Shown: piece by piece, positions 26,620 to 39,500 of the stretch | Numbering within the stretch: the first letter of the stretch is position 1 | How the letters are laid out: every line of letters begins with the position of its first letter | DNA from: Lama guanicoe | Lineage: Eukaryota | DNA: 64,000 nucleotides | Direction of reading: 5' to 3' | NCBI GenBank assembly: GCA_013239625.1 | Contig: MU054391.1 | Coordinates: 4,359,824-4,423,823, forward strand | Made by a program: the position numbers and the translations under genes | Notes under the pieces: model-generated | What the model was told of the DNA's origin: nothing | Seen by the model: only the letters and a program-made list of their open reading frames with translations | The model's database searches: none

Positions 26620-27866
26620 AGTGGAGCTCATCACATCATGGGAGTTTGCTCTCGGAGACGTGATGTGCCCAGGTGGATGTCCCATTTTGCCAGCTCCCTC
26701 CTGCTCCCCAGCACTTGACGGGAGAGGAATGGACTGAAAGGAGCCAGAAAAGGGCTCCACACCTGCCCGCTCCTCAGCCTTGATTTCAAATTTTGGAGAA
26801 GTATGTTTGTCAGACCCAACTCCAGAAAGTTGGCAGAGAATACTGGCAAGAACACTGACTTGGAGTCGAATTGATCTGTAATGGAAGCACGACCCAGTCC
26901 TCCTTCATCAGCCTGATTCTAGTCTCAACGTCCACGTCTGTAACATGAGTCAAGGGTCCCGAGCCCTTAGACATCCGAATTCCACGTTGACAAAACGGTT
27001 GTCCTGTGCAAGAGGAAGTGCGCCCTGTTCCCCACGTAGTTTGCTGAGCCTTGTTATGACATGGACAGGAAGTTCTCGTCTTTGATTCTAAGTGCCTTGG
27101 GGTCTGAAGAGTGGTAGAGCGAAGTTGGCTCAATCGTCAAGACACCACACCCCCGAAGTCTCAAAGCCTGTCTTTGGCTGCCTTTAGTCTTAGTGTTTGC
27201 TTTCCTCATGGCTTTCTTTGTTCACGATGACACTTCAACTCCAATCGAGGTTTTTAAACCAGTGTTGGAGTCCTGTTCTGGTCTACCATGCTTCCCGTGT
27301 GCGGTGTTTTTGGTTGGAGAAGAACACTGGTCATCAACCAGGAAGTACCCGGGTGCCATGTCTCCCACTGACTTTGTATCATCCAAGAAACAAACGCATC
27401 TTCAAGCTTCCCAGTCAACTTCACTCACAGCAGAGCTGGTTGAGGAGACACACTGGAGTCTTCCCCATCTGTTGCTTCGTGGAAATGTTTGTACAGGATC
27501 TGGGCTTCCTGCCGAGTCTCATTTCCATCAAAAGTCTTGTGTTTCCTGTGCATATTCTCACTCTACACATTAACCCCCTTTTCAGTTTTCACTTAAGTCT
27601 TATCTCTCACTTGATGAGCAATTTTTTCACTGGCTGGATCACTTACCACAGTTTCACAAATGCCTTTTTCTCATTTCTGTAGGGAGAAATTGGTGAACTT
27701 GTTCATTCCTCAGATATGAGCCACCGCTGAATTCATTTCTCTCTTTAATTTACTCATTTTTATATTCTGGCGAAGATGCCTAAGTGGCTTAGCTTGTCTC
27801 ACTTTTTCTTAATTTTCCTCATATGCACAAGCAGTTGGCTCTTTTAGGGGGGGAATATGGACAATT
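26620..27866 (-). pseudogene. Putative decayed coding exon or pseudogene fragment of unknown parent
   Basis: Non-repeat, purine-rich minus strand giving protein-like runs broken by stops and frameshifts (KGICETVVSDPASEKIAHQVRDKT*VKTEKGVNV*SENMHRKHKTFDGNETRQEAQILYKHFHEATDGEDSS...; ENQADEGGLGRASITDQFDSKSVFLPVF; GSDKHTSPKFEIKAEERAGVEPFSGSF). No homologue recognised. Confidence 0.35.
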
Positions 27867-28454
27867 CTTTCACATAAGAAAAACTAAATTTTTAATAAGT
27901 GAACACAAATTACTGCCTATAATGGCAAATAGAGATGACTCAATCCATGAAGTGGGCTTGGTGGCACAGATACCGAGCTGGCTCAAGCCTGGACCCCAGC
28001 CGCAGGGCACAGATAGGTACTTACCACACCAAAATGTCATAGTATTTGTCTAAGGTCAGAGCGGCAGAACCAAGTGGATGTGTTCAGCTTCTAACCCTCA
28101 CTCCTTTCACAGCACATTGTAAGCCACATACACCAACCAGCCCCAACTTACCTGTAAGATAAAAATCAGCATAATGATGTCTGTTTCACAGTGTTGTGAA
28201 GATCAAATAAAATACTATTTGTGAAAAACGTTTGAAAATCGCTAAGTACTTTGCCATTAGAGTGTTTTCTTTCCTACTACAGAAATTCTATTCCAGAATA
28301 GTCCCCCACACTCTGCCACCAGCCAAGAAGAATCGTGCTTTAAGGGCAAGAACGGAATCGACGTGGGGAAAATGGAATAGGGGAGGGATGTGTGCAAAAT
28401 TTTCCAAACCCTTAAAAAAATAAATGTTTTTACAACCGGTAAACAAAACATGGG

Positions 28455-29088
28455 ACATTGCTGGTAGGAATGTAAAATGGTTCAGCCACTGCGGAAAGCA
28501 GTGTGGCAGGTTCTCAAAAATGTAAATAGAATTACCATATGATCCAACAATTCCTCTCCTGGGTACACACTGAAGAGAACTGAAAGCAGGGATTTGAACA
28601 GATACTTGTACGCCCATGTTTGCAGCCGCATTCTTCACACCAATCGAAAGATGAAAATAACCCAAATATCCATCGACAGATGAACAGATACACAAAATGT
28701 GGTATGTATCCACGATGGAATGTTAGTCAGCCTCAAAAAAGCATGAAATCTGACACAGGCTATGATATGGAAGAACCTTGAAGACATTCTGCTAAGTGAA
28801 AGAAGCCAGTCACAAAAGGACAAACGCTGTGTCATTCCACTTATGTGAAGTGTTTAGAGCGGTCAGATTCATGGAGACAGAAAGTAGGACTGACCAGGGG
28901 CTGAGGGGAGGGGGCAGTGGGATATTAGCGTTTAATGGGGACAGAGTTTCAGTTTGGGAAGATGAAAAGTTCTGGAGGTGGATGAGGGTGATGGCTGCAC
29001 ACCAGTGTGACTGTACCTAATGCCGACAAACCATGCTCTTAAAATGGTAAATTTTGTGTTATGTATACTTTTTACAGTGAAAAAGAAA
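28455..29088 (+). mobile_element. L1MB-type ORF2 end and 3' UTR
   Basis: 'cattgctggtaggaatgtaaaatgg...ttaccatatgatccaacaattcc...cagagtttcagtttgggaagatgaaaagttctggag...aaaatggtaaattttgtgttatg'. Confidence 0.95.
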
Positions 29089-29944
29089 GTGTAAGCTTAA
29101 AGAAACTTACCCCCAACAAACCAATATTAATGTCATGTAATCAACTTACACGAGTGATCATGTGTTTTGTAAATTAATTTCTCTTCATCATTCTTTTTCC
29201 CTCAGTTTTATCGGTCTTCTCTTTTAGTGTCGATGAGATGAGGGTTATTCATCTGCCTTAGCTGTGAATTATAAACAGATTAGGGGTCATCTATTTTGCT
29301 TTTATCTGGTCCTCCACCAAAATGCTCAATAAATTTCTGATCTTATATCTAAGAATGTCTTCCCTTTGCCTCCTGAGTTATGCCATGATTTCCAACAAGC
29401 TACTTTTTGTGGATTTATGAGACCAGAAATAGTTTGTAAGTAGTCTTCAGCCTCTTCCCAGTTTTTTCTAACATTCTCCATGTGGATTCATCTCAAAGCC
29501 TTGCCATCAGACCCCGTGGGTCAGTCCCAGCTCCTCCTTTCCTGCCTGATACCCCAACCATGCAGTGTTGAGATCGGATTCCTCTGCCTTCTTCCTTTTT
29601 TCTCTCTTTCAAGACTTCATTGCAAAAGTTATCTTCTTTCTGTCATCTGCTCTATTTCTCTTTTCTCTCGATGATGCCACATCCCTCTTTTTTTGTTTTT
29701 ACAATTCCCCTAAAAGGGATAACATGCAACTCCGGTACCTAGCAGCCAAAATTCTCTGTTGACTGAGAGACTTTCAGATTGTCTACCTTATTATGAAAAT
29801 AGAATGTAAAGGATGGTGAATTGTTACAATGATAAGCAGCTAATAAATATTTGTAATTGAAGCCAAGTGTCTTAAAAAATAATGACAAGGTGTCATTTCT
29901 AATGTTTAGTTGAACAGGTCTTGCCTCAAGTTCCACCCAAACGT

Positions 29945-30130
29945 GAATGGTGGCATAACTGAGTGGTTAAGAGAATATACTTAGGAATCAGCTACAGTTG
30001 AAATAGCACCTAGCCTTTGGTATCAACCAGTTACATGATCTTGGGAAAATTATCCAAAGAAACTAAATTTTCATCTCATTCTAGGGATAATACCTACTAT
30101 GAGGATTAAGTGAACTCAGCACGCAAGTTC
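29945..30130 (+). mobile_element. MIR SINE
   Basis: 'agtggttaagag...tgatcttgggaaaatt...gggataatacctactatgaggattaagtga'. Confidence 0.8.
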
Positions 30131-32509
30131 AAGATAAACATTTATTCAATTTGTACATACTAACTACTATGCTAATGGTAACAGAATAGGAAATTATTGT
30201 TCTCTCTCTTTTATTATCAAATATATTTAACCCTCCTTATTAATCCTTTATGAAGTACATTAGTGAATCATTTAAAAAATATATATGACCATTCGTCAAA
30301 ATATTTTGCTTCTAGCGCCTAAAGCTGTAAGTGTGCAATTGGTGTTCCCCGAGCCTCTCCCTCAAAAGAATTCTGAGTTAAATGAAGGCACAGGCAGTAG
30401 TTTCTAGAAATAGTGGTTTTGCCAGTTTTTCTGCCAGGCTTCTACCACCTCTGGAATCAATCCTTCTCTCTGACATATTTTTTCTGGCAAGTCAATCAGT
30501 ACAATGCATGTATGTGTAGAGTCACTGTGTTGGAGGGAACGGGTATCCTGAGTCACAAATATCATCAGGCAGCCCCATGAGCACCTTCTGTGGGATCCAA
30601 GGCTCTGTGAGTAATGGAGAGACGCAGCTGGGCTTATCTTCATCCCTTGAGTAATGAGTGTCTCTGAATATGTAGTCCTGGCCACTCAAGTCACAAGATC
30701 GACTTGGGGCTGATGTGAAGGATGAGGAAAATAATACAAAGTCTGATCATCTTTGCAAAAAGCTACATGAGGGTGAGAGATTTTAAGTGATTGGGCCATC
30801 ATGGTGGGATGTGAACTGAGTTTGGAGCATGAGTTTCCTCCCTTGAGTCAGACCCATCGTCTCATCACCAGTAACATCTGAAGACTGGGCCCCTCGTGGT
30901 CAAGATTCAGTTCAGTGAAGGTCTCAGTGCTGTACTGAGGGCTTTGAACTTGGGTGGGTGCAGTTAGCAAAGAGTTTGACTCTTCTCCAACTACTGCCTT
31001 CCAGCATGCTTTGAAGCATCAGCCTTTTTTCACCCTAACATTAATTCCTGGCTACTTTCTATTATGAGCATTTCATTGGGGAAATAAAACTCACTCGAAA
31101 ATATGTAGAAGTTCCTTTCATTGAATTCAAGCCTCCTCCCCATTCCCAGCTCAGATCTGACCGTCTGCTTAAGAGCCTTCAGCGCAGAAGATGTGAGCTG
31201 TTCCTGCCTCGTCCAGTTAGTTATCTCCTCCTACAGCTGAGGCTAGTGAGGGCGACAGGAGACCTGAAAAAACATTCCAAACTCTAATTTGATTGGTGTT
31301 GTTATAATATGATTACTGGGACCCTGTGGGTAAAATATGTCCAAATGATGGGCTTTTCCTTAGACACAGATATAAGGGGGCCTCAGAAGCCTTGTAGGAT
31401 GTGAACAATGCATGCTTCCCAGACACACGTGGAGAGTTCTTCATCTCATTTCTAGTGCCCTCCCTCCCTCTGCCGCTCCTGCCCCCACAAGTCTACCCCA
31501 TGGCCTCATAACACCGGGCACTCTCTTGGTGTTCATCTCTTCAAAGCAGGTCAAGCTTGGCTACCATCTTCAGCACCCCCTTTGACCAGGGAACCCCACA
31601 TCACTGCCACACCACTGGGAACACAGGTCACCTCATACTGGCTTCATCATCCTCTGGCTTCTCAACCCTCAGGTTGCTGGGAGTGGAAGAAATCTAATTA
31701 CTTCTCCTTTGAGTATGGGGAGCCATTATCTCTTCTGTCTTTGAGCACCGGTCAAGGTATCTAGACTAGTCAAATCCTATCCAATACCCTGTTGCACATA
31801 CTTGTGAAATACATCATCATAGTCTTGCTGTAAATGTGTCAAACAGATAAATGAAGAAATGAAGAAATCCTTGTGGGTGGGAAGCTTCCTGTGTATATGG
31901 CTACAAACTCGATCAAAAGCTTGTGAAGAGCAGAAAAAACAGTGCATCATTTATTTCTTTCAGTCATATAAACACACATTGGTAATGATTCATACCTTAC
32001 TGGACTGCTCAAATATCTCAATGATGTATTTCTTGCTTTCCCATTTTGATTCAGTCATTACTGATATTTTGAATGGATTTATCCATTTAGTAGCATAATG
32101 AAATAGATGTACTGACAGGGCAAATAAGTAATACGAAGAGGATAAGGAAAGGTATGCTTGGAGTTCTTGAAGAAGAGGGAAGGAGAAACGATCACTAAGA
32201 TTGGTTAATCACCTACCATGATAATCACCTACACAGTGTCTTTCTTATCTCCTTATCACAGTACAGCAAGGTGGCCAAATTATAGTCAAAAACCTGGGCC
32301 CTAAGATGTTAAATATGTAGCTTAAAGTATGTGGCTAATAAGTGACAGACAGGGTCCAAGTTCAGCTCTGTTTCAATAGCCTCTTTTGCTCAGTCTTGAG
32401 GAACTCAGGGTAGAGAAGTTCAAAGTGAACTCTTGGATGTTCTTGGGTTAAATTGCTCCTCTGGATTTCTCTTTCATTGAATAAGTTTTCTTAGAGAAGT
32501 AAGCTAACT

Positions 32510-32650
32510 ATTTCTCCCCTTGACCATAAGCTCCATGGCAAGAAAGAACATACTGTTTTTAGATCTCTGCCCCCAGTGTTTGGCACAGTGCTTCTTGTCT
32601 TGCATATAGTAAGTGCCCTCTACATTTAAATAAAATAGTAAACAGTATGT
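32510..32650 (+). mobile_element. L2 3' end
   Basis: 'taagctccatggcaag...ccccagtgtttggcacagtgc...catatagtaagtgccc'. Confidence 0.75.
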
Positions 32651-33225
32651 GATGAGGCAAAATGATACCCAAGGAAGAGGAGAAATATATAAATATAAAT
32701 AAACAACTTGAGTTTGAGCATCCAAAGACAGGTTTTAGGAAATGCTTGTACTTTTTAGGTTAAAAGAATACTGAAATTTGGCACTTTTATTTTTTTGTGA
32801 AATGTACTGGTGCAAAAAGAGAGAGAAAAAGACAGAGATGGAGAAAGATAGCTGGTTTTATTTGAGACTAGCCCCCTCCCTTATAAAACAGGGAGCAGAT
32901 TGTGGCAGCTGAATGGAACATCCTGGCAGACTGCATTAGGAGAATGATAACGTGAGAATCGATGTTTAAAACATTCCCCTAAAAATCAACTCTTAAAATT
33001 AAAAATGCAATCTCTGAGAAATGCCTGAAATACTTAAAAGGTATAAAAAGGAATGGACAATTCACCTTATTTATATTTTCATTCCCTAATTGTTTCTGGC
33101 CTGGTTTATAAAGATCTCTAGACAAAGTAATTGCTTTTAAATATCAGTATAGCAGCCTCTGTCTTTCACTACTGTCTTTTATATGTCTTGTTTTCCTGAA
33201 GAGCTCACAATTCTACATAGTGATC

Positions 33226-35125
33226 TCAAAACCAGGATATTACAAGAAAGAAAACTGCAGACCAATGTTTCTCATGTACATAGAGGCAAATAGCCTCAAC
33301 AAAATATTAACAAATTGAACCCAATAATGTGGAAAAAAAATTTACACTACAACCAAGTAGGATTTCTTCTATTTATGCAAGGCTGGTTCAACATTCAAAA
33401 ATCAATGTAATCCATATTACATCATAGACTGAAAAATAAAAACTGCGTGATCAGATCAACAGATACAGAAAAAGCATTTTATGATTGTTTAAAATTCAAT
33501 AGTCATTCATGATTTTAAAAACTCTCAATAAACTAGAAATATAGGGGAATTTCTTGAACATGATAAATAATATTTGCAAAAAACCTATACTTAATGGTAA
33601 GAAATGTGAAGCTTTCCAGCTAATATCAGGTGCAAGTGAAGGTTGTCCCCTCTCATCACTCCTTTCCAACATTGTACTAGAAATTCTTGCTAATGCAATA
33701 TGACAAGAAAATGAAATTAAAAGTTTACAGATTAGGGAGGAAGAAATAAAACTATCCTTGTTCACAGATGACATGATCATCTATAGAGGAAATACTGAAA
33801 AAAAATTTTAGAAAGCATCACAGGGCCAAATGTAAAAATGCAAAATGATAAAACCCTTGTAAGATAACATAGGCATAAACTAAGACGGCCTTGGATATGG
33901 TGATGTCTTTTTATATATGACAACAAAGATATGATCCATAAAAGAAGGAATTGGTAAGTTGGACTTCATTAGAATTAAAACTTTTTGCTTTATGAAGGAC
34001 AATATCAAGAGAACAAGAAGACAAGCCACTGACTGGGAGGAAATATTTGCAAAAGGCACAGCTGATAAAGGATTGTTATTAAAAATATACAAAGAACTCT
34101 TAAAACTCAGCATTAAAAAGAAAAGCAGCCTAATTTAAAAATGTACCAAAGACCTGAACAGGCAGCTCACCAAAGAAGATGCACAGATGGCAAACAAGCA
34201 CGAAAAGATGCTTCGTATCCCAAGTCATAAAGGAAGTGCAAATTAAACAATGAATGCCACTACACACCTGTTAGAATGGCCAAAATCAGGAGCACTGACA
34301 ACACCAAATGCTGGTGAGGATGTGGAGCAACAAGAACTCCTATTCAATATTGGTGGAAGTGCAAAGTATAGCCACTGTGGAGGAAAATCTAATGGTTTCT
34401 TACAAAACGAAACACTCCTATCATACAATCCAGCAGTCATATTCTTTGGTATTTACCCAAAGGAGCTGAAGATGTATGTTCAAACAAAAATCTGCACACC
34501 GATGTTTATAGCAGCTTTGTTCATAATTGCCAAACTTGGAAGCAACCAAGATGTCCTTCAGTGGGTGAATGGATAAATCAACTGCAGGTACATCTAGGCA
34601 ATGGAATGTTATTCATTCAGAGCTAAAAAGAAATGAGCTATCGAGCCATGAAAAGACATGGAGAAACCTTAAGTGAATATTACTAAGTGAAAGATGTGGA
34701 TCTGAAAAGGCTATATATTGAATGATTCCAACTATATGACATTCTGGAAAAAGCAAAACTATGGAGACAGTAAAAAAAAACCCAGTGTTTTCCAGGAGTT
34801 GGGGGCATGGGGTAGGAATGAATAGTCGGGACACAGAGGAATTGCATAGCAGTGAAAATACTTCATGTAATACATGTCATCACACATTTGTCCAAACCCA
34901 TAGCACGTGTAACACCAAGAATGAGCTCTAATGTAAACGATGGGCTTCGGGTGATTATGATGTGTCAGTGAAGGTTCCTTAATTGTAGCAAATGTCCCCT
35001 CTGGTAAGGGAAGTTGACAACTGGGGGAGGCTGTGCAAGGGTGGAGTCTGAGGTATATGGGAAATCTCTGTACCTGCCTCTCAGTTTTGCTATGAACCTA
35101 AAACTGCTCTCAGAAACAAAACCTC
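33226..35125 (+). mobile_element. L1MC-type element: RT fragment, internal deletion, ORF2 end and 3' UTR
   Basis: RT motifs EGCPLS (about 33638) and LFTDDMI (33758-33778). KICTPMFIAALFIIAK in ORF 34250-34576. The 3' end 'gggaaatctctgtacc...ttttgctatgaacctaaaactgctct' is typical of L1MC1/2. Confidence 0.95.
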
Positions 35126-36691
35126 ATCTTCAAAAGAAGGAAAACAGTAACCTCTGAAGGACTTGGAAAGACTGCATTTGAGCTCATCAAGGCCACATCA
35201 GTGTGTCTGGCATTCACAAGCCCAAACACATAACCATCAGTAAACGGGCTGAATGAATTGTTAAAAGGGTTGCAAATTTGCAGACTAACAATAAATTAAA
35301 CTCTATATGTGATATGAAAGCAGTGAACTTCCCAGGTTGTACACAGTGTCCCCAAGTCAGTGACAGTCCTATAGGAGGTTTGGGGAAGGCCAGCCAGCAA
35401 GGGCTGGACTTTGAGAAGTGGATGTTGTTTGGACATTGAAAACTTTCAGTTGTTTCACACCGGTCACTGGAGGAAGGCTGGCTTTCAGAGCAAGGTCCCC
35501 GGAGTGAAGCAGTCCCTGATGGACCATTGTCTACAGTTGTAGGGCTGACTTTGGTTGAGCTGTTACTGATTTTTCTAATTTTCAGACGCATGACCCCCAC
35601 CATGGGAGTGAGGTGGTGACACCTTAGCTAAAGATTGGCTGATATACAGAGCATGTGTAGTGATGTAAGTTTCTTTAATTAATAGTGGTTACTTATTCAT
35701 AACCTGGGACTTAGGACAAAGAGCAATCCTTTCCTTTCTTGAAAATTAAAAAAATATATATATTTTTAATTCTTCTCATTCCCCTCTTTTGGTTTTCCCT
35801 CAGCCAAACCTATGGGAAAGACCATAAAGATTTTCCAGAAGGTTATTATTATTATCAATTCTTTGAAGAAAAGCAAGGCAGTTTAGACAGAAGCAACTAA
35901 GTGTAGAATTTTAGAATGTTAGGAGGAGCCATAATGAGAACTCAGAACCAATCTTTCATTTTACAGAGGCTAGTTTAAATTTGGTTAAAGCCAAAGTTTG
36001 CTTCTGTGCTTATGTTTGACTATGAGGGTGTCTGATCTGGGACTTCACAATTATTAACCATTATTCCATTAAGTTTTCTTTTAATAAGTAAATATAAAAA
36101 GCCAAACTATTTAGAGTAGAGGCATGATTGTCAGCTAGAGTGGCCATTGACATGATCAAAGCCCCAGTTACCGATGTGGGGAAATAACTCCGCTGATTGT
36201 TGTACTTTACTGATAAATGCTGAATACAGGGCATTTAGGACTTCCTGACAGAGCCAATGTAAGACACAAGACAAAATCATTCAATGCAGGACACGCCCTG
36301 TATTGGTGGGAGCACATCAACCTCACAATAAGGCATGACTAGAGGATGTTTTATCAATATGTTACTAATTTCAGCACAAACAGTCACAAGCATAATTGGC
36401 TAAAGTGTTAAGATGAAGTCTGGTGATTTAATCAAGGCAGTGGCTGCAGCTCTTCGTCCATCTCTAATCCATCATTTCAGTCTCTTACTTGGAACTGAAT
36501 GCTTTCACACTCCGTGTTTCTCCTGAGGCACATGTGCGTGAGGGGAAGAATTCCAACGTGAAAATCTCCAACATGACAGACATGAAACAATCTCACATCT
36601 GAAGCGCAGAAATAAAGACACTGGAATATTTGCAAGTTCTCTTTGCATGATCTAGACATTTGAGGCTTGAGGGATGGCCAAAGATTTCATT

Positions 36692-37035
36692 TCATCCAAA
36701 AACATCCAAACACTGAAGAAGAGACAGACCATTTGGTTCGCCACATCTCACTGTTTTGCAGTCTATTTGCAATCTAATTGTTTATTTAATGACCTTCCTC
36801 TTTTTGCCTTAACTATCTTGCCTGGTAAGCTATTCCACACATTTATGATTCTCTGCGTGGAAAAAAAAAAGAAAAACACTTCCTGACATCTGCTCTGAAT
36901 TTGTTTTTCTTTAATTTTCATTTATACCCTCTTGTTCTATCATCTGTGTTGGACTCAAAATAGGAAACCATGTTGACATTTTCCAAACCATTTAAATTTT
37001 ATGTTCTTTAATTAAAATCCCCCTCTTAACTAGAT
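36692..37035 (-). mobile_element. Ancient CR1-clade LINE relic: ORF2 C-terminus and 3' tail
   Basis: The minus strand translates, with small frameshifts, as RGD-LIKEHKI-NGLENVNMVSYFESNTDDRTRGYK*KLKKNKFRADVRKCF-TQRIINVWNSLPGKIVKAKRGRSLNKQLD. This matches the CR1-clade C-terminal signature RGDLI..YKI..G...RTRGH..KL...F..D.RK.FF.QR.VN.WN.LP...V.A......K..LD. Confidence 0.88.
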
Positions 37036-37789
37036 AGACATCTAACCTGGTGGGTAGACGCCGTGACACCACATCTGAAGAAAGGCTTTTTTTTCTAATC
37101 TCCCCCACTCTTACAGGAAAGAAAAATCTTGAAATTACAGTATTTCTGCAGTATTATCCAAAAACCGAAGAAGAGATTCATACACTCTTGTTTTTCGCCA
37201 CAAGTCAAGAACTAACTAAATGTGACTGCAGCTGAGTCTGAAATAGTCATACGCAGCTTCAAGACCCAGCAAGCTGGCACCACCGGGGGGTTTTTTATAA
37301 ACACCTTTTTTTTTTCCTGGGCAGTAATATTCATGTTGGTCTGAAACCCTGGCTGCACAGATCAATTCCAAATTTCGCAGCTCGTATATCCTCTTCCCAA
37401 ACTTGGAAGCTAATAGAAGCCCCATATTCTGGACCGTTGTAGAAACTACACAAGTAAAAGGATTATATTCCTCTATGAGACGTCGAGGTCACATCAAACT
37501 TCAGTAGGAAAGAGTAAAAGGCTTTCTTGGAGCGCGTTTTCCAGTTACGTCATAACCAATGTATTCAAGACTAAATTGTTTAAAAGCCAGACATGAACCA
37601 CGTTCTATTTAGCATCTGCATGCCCCCTTCCACAGTATCTGGAAGACTATTTTGCAAATAAGTGATGTTTAGTAGTTCTTCTTTTCCTCTTTTATTTTTC
37701 AGATGAGTACATATACCTTGTAAGTGATAAAGAGTCATTTACAAAGGCCTCAGAACACCGCAGAGAAAAGCTAACATTGGGAAATGTAA

Positions 37790-38102
37790 TCAGCCTACAT
37801 TTGTTGATAGGTACTGTGCTAGGAGTAAGACACAGAGCTGCAAACACAGCAGGTTTGGTACTTGCCCTCATGGAAACTTTGATTCTGTTGTGGAGATAGA
37901 TGGCAAACAGTAAAACCGCTGATCACATCTCACAGATTTCAATAAGCACCATGAGAAAAAAATTTAGGTTTAATGAGAGATTAATTAGGAAGGACCGGCT
38001 TTAGATTGAGTTGTCCAGGAAGGCTGCACTAACTTAGGTGGGCCCTGAAGGGTAGGAGCGAGAGGAACAGCGTTCCAGGAGGTTGAAACAGCAACCGTGC
38101 AA
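37790..38102 (-). mobile_element. L2 3' fragment
   Basis: 'ggtactgtgctagg...cttgccctcatggaa...ccaggaaggc...gaacagcgttccagg'. Confidence 0.8.
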
Positions 38103-39379
38103 TGGATGGTCTGTTGCAAGGCATTGCCCACCGAAGCCGCCTCTGCGATGGGCAGGACATCACTTCCCCATATGGATGCCTTTCCTTGTGTGGTCCAAGA
38201 CGGAGTCTGTCAAAACCACATGGATCTTAACTCCATGATTCTCCAAAGGCGGTTCCATCAAACCTGAGAGCAGAGGCTGCTCCACAGACCTCCAGGTCAC
38301 ACCTGCCTGGCTGCTACAGACCGAGGCAGTTAGCAGGCGCTTTCTCAGGCACTTTTGAGAAACATGGCATGTTCCAGTATGCCGCTGGGAACGCCCACCT
38401 TCCCTGTCCCAGGCTGAGGCCTCCAGGTCTGCCTTCATCTCCCAGCTGAAGCTCGCCTTCCTGAGATCTCCCAGTAGTCATGTGAGCCCCGTCATGTGAG
38501 CCCCGAGGTCCAGGGTAAGCCTGTTTATTCCCGGAATATTTACAGCGGCTCTGTTTTCCTACCCAAACCTGCACTGATAAGATGTGAGAAGGTCTTAAGG
38601 AAGGAAAGCCCTCAGCATGGCCGTAGAAGTGAATGCCAACAAGAAGCAAACCCATGTAGCCTTCGATAGTCACCCTGAGAGCCGTCCGTGTTGCTTCAGA
38701 TCCCCTAGCCTGGAGCGCTTGGAAGTTGCGCGCACACATTTGCTTTTTCAGTCAGGTTTCACTCTTAGTGAGCAATAAAGATCCAACATGTCTGAAAAGT
38801 TCAGATATTGTTGGTCTTTCTCTCTTGCTCTGATCTTTCTAGAAGGAGCGAGAATTTCCGTAGCAACGTACAGTGGCACTTCTCCCCTCTGTTGGTACAG
38901 TGGGGTGAGCCGTGTACACGCCGTGAAGTGTACAGCATCAAGGAGAGCCTCTCCACTCCTCCCCAAGCTCTTCCCCAGCAGGGCGTTGATTGTTTAGAAA
39001 CTACAAATTCGCTTTCTATTAAAATACATTTAATTGTGTGATTAAATATGGGGAAGTGATGTCCTGCAAAACATCCCCAGTCTACTAATCCGAAGTAACT
39101 CAAATAGTTTGTTTAAATTAAAAAAAAAAAAAAAGGTTCTTCTCTCTCGGATGACTAGGACTACACAGGAGAGGATTTAAGTTTGCTTTTAACCAACTAT
39201 AAATCTTATCTTTTTGTAATAAGACTGAGTTTGCAAAGGTGTCCAAGCTCAGGGGTGAGTCTGAACAAGTGATGGTTCCATCCTTTATGGGAATTCGACT
39301 TAGACTTTGCTCAATAGCAAAGCCACTGATGGCCAGCTCTGGTTTTGTACCTGAAAAAAAAAAAAGTAATCATGAGATG

Positions 39380-39500
39380 TTTATTTCTAGTTTTATAATT
39401 AAAGTATAACTTACATAGAATAAAATTCACTCTGTTAAGGTAAACTCTACTTGGCAAGTCTGGACAAACACAGCAAAATCAAGATAGAAAGTCGTCCTGC
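39380..39500 (-). mobile_element. Old L1 3' UTR end, antisense
   Basis: 'aattaaagtataacttacatagaataaaattcactctgttaagg'. Confidence 0.7.

Noticed and set aside
33226..35125. Reverse transcriptase motifs suggesting an active retroelement
   Set aside because: Old L1MC copy with stops, frameshifts and an internal deletion near 33815. Not functional.
38779..38817. ~17-bp stem hairpin (agatccaacatgtctgaa-aag-ttcagatattgttggtct)
   Set aside because: Only 39 nt with a 3-nt loop. Too short for a pre-miRNA and plausible by chance.
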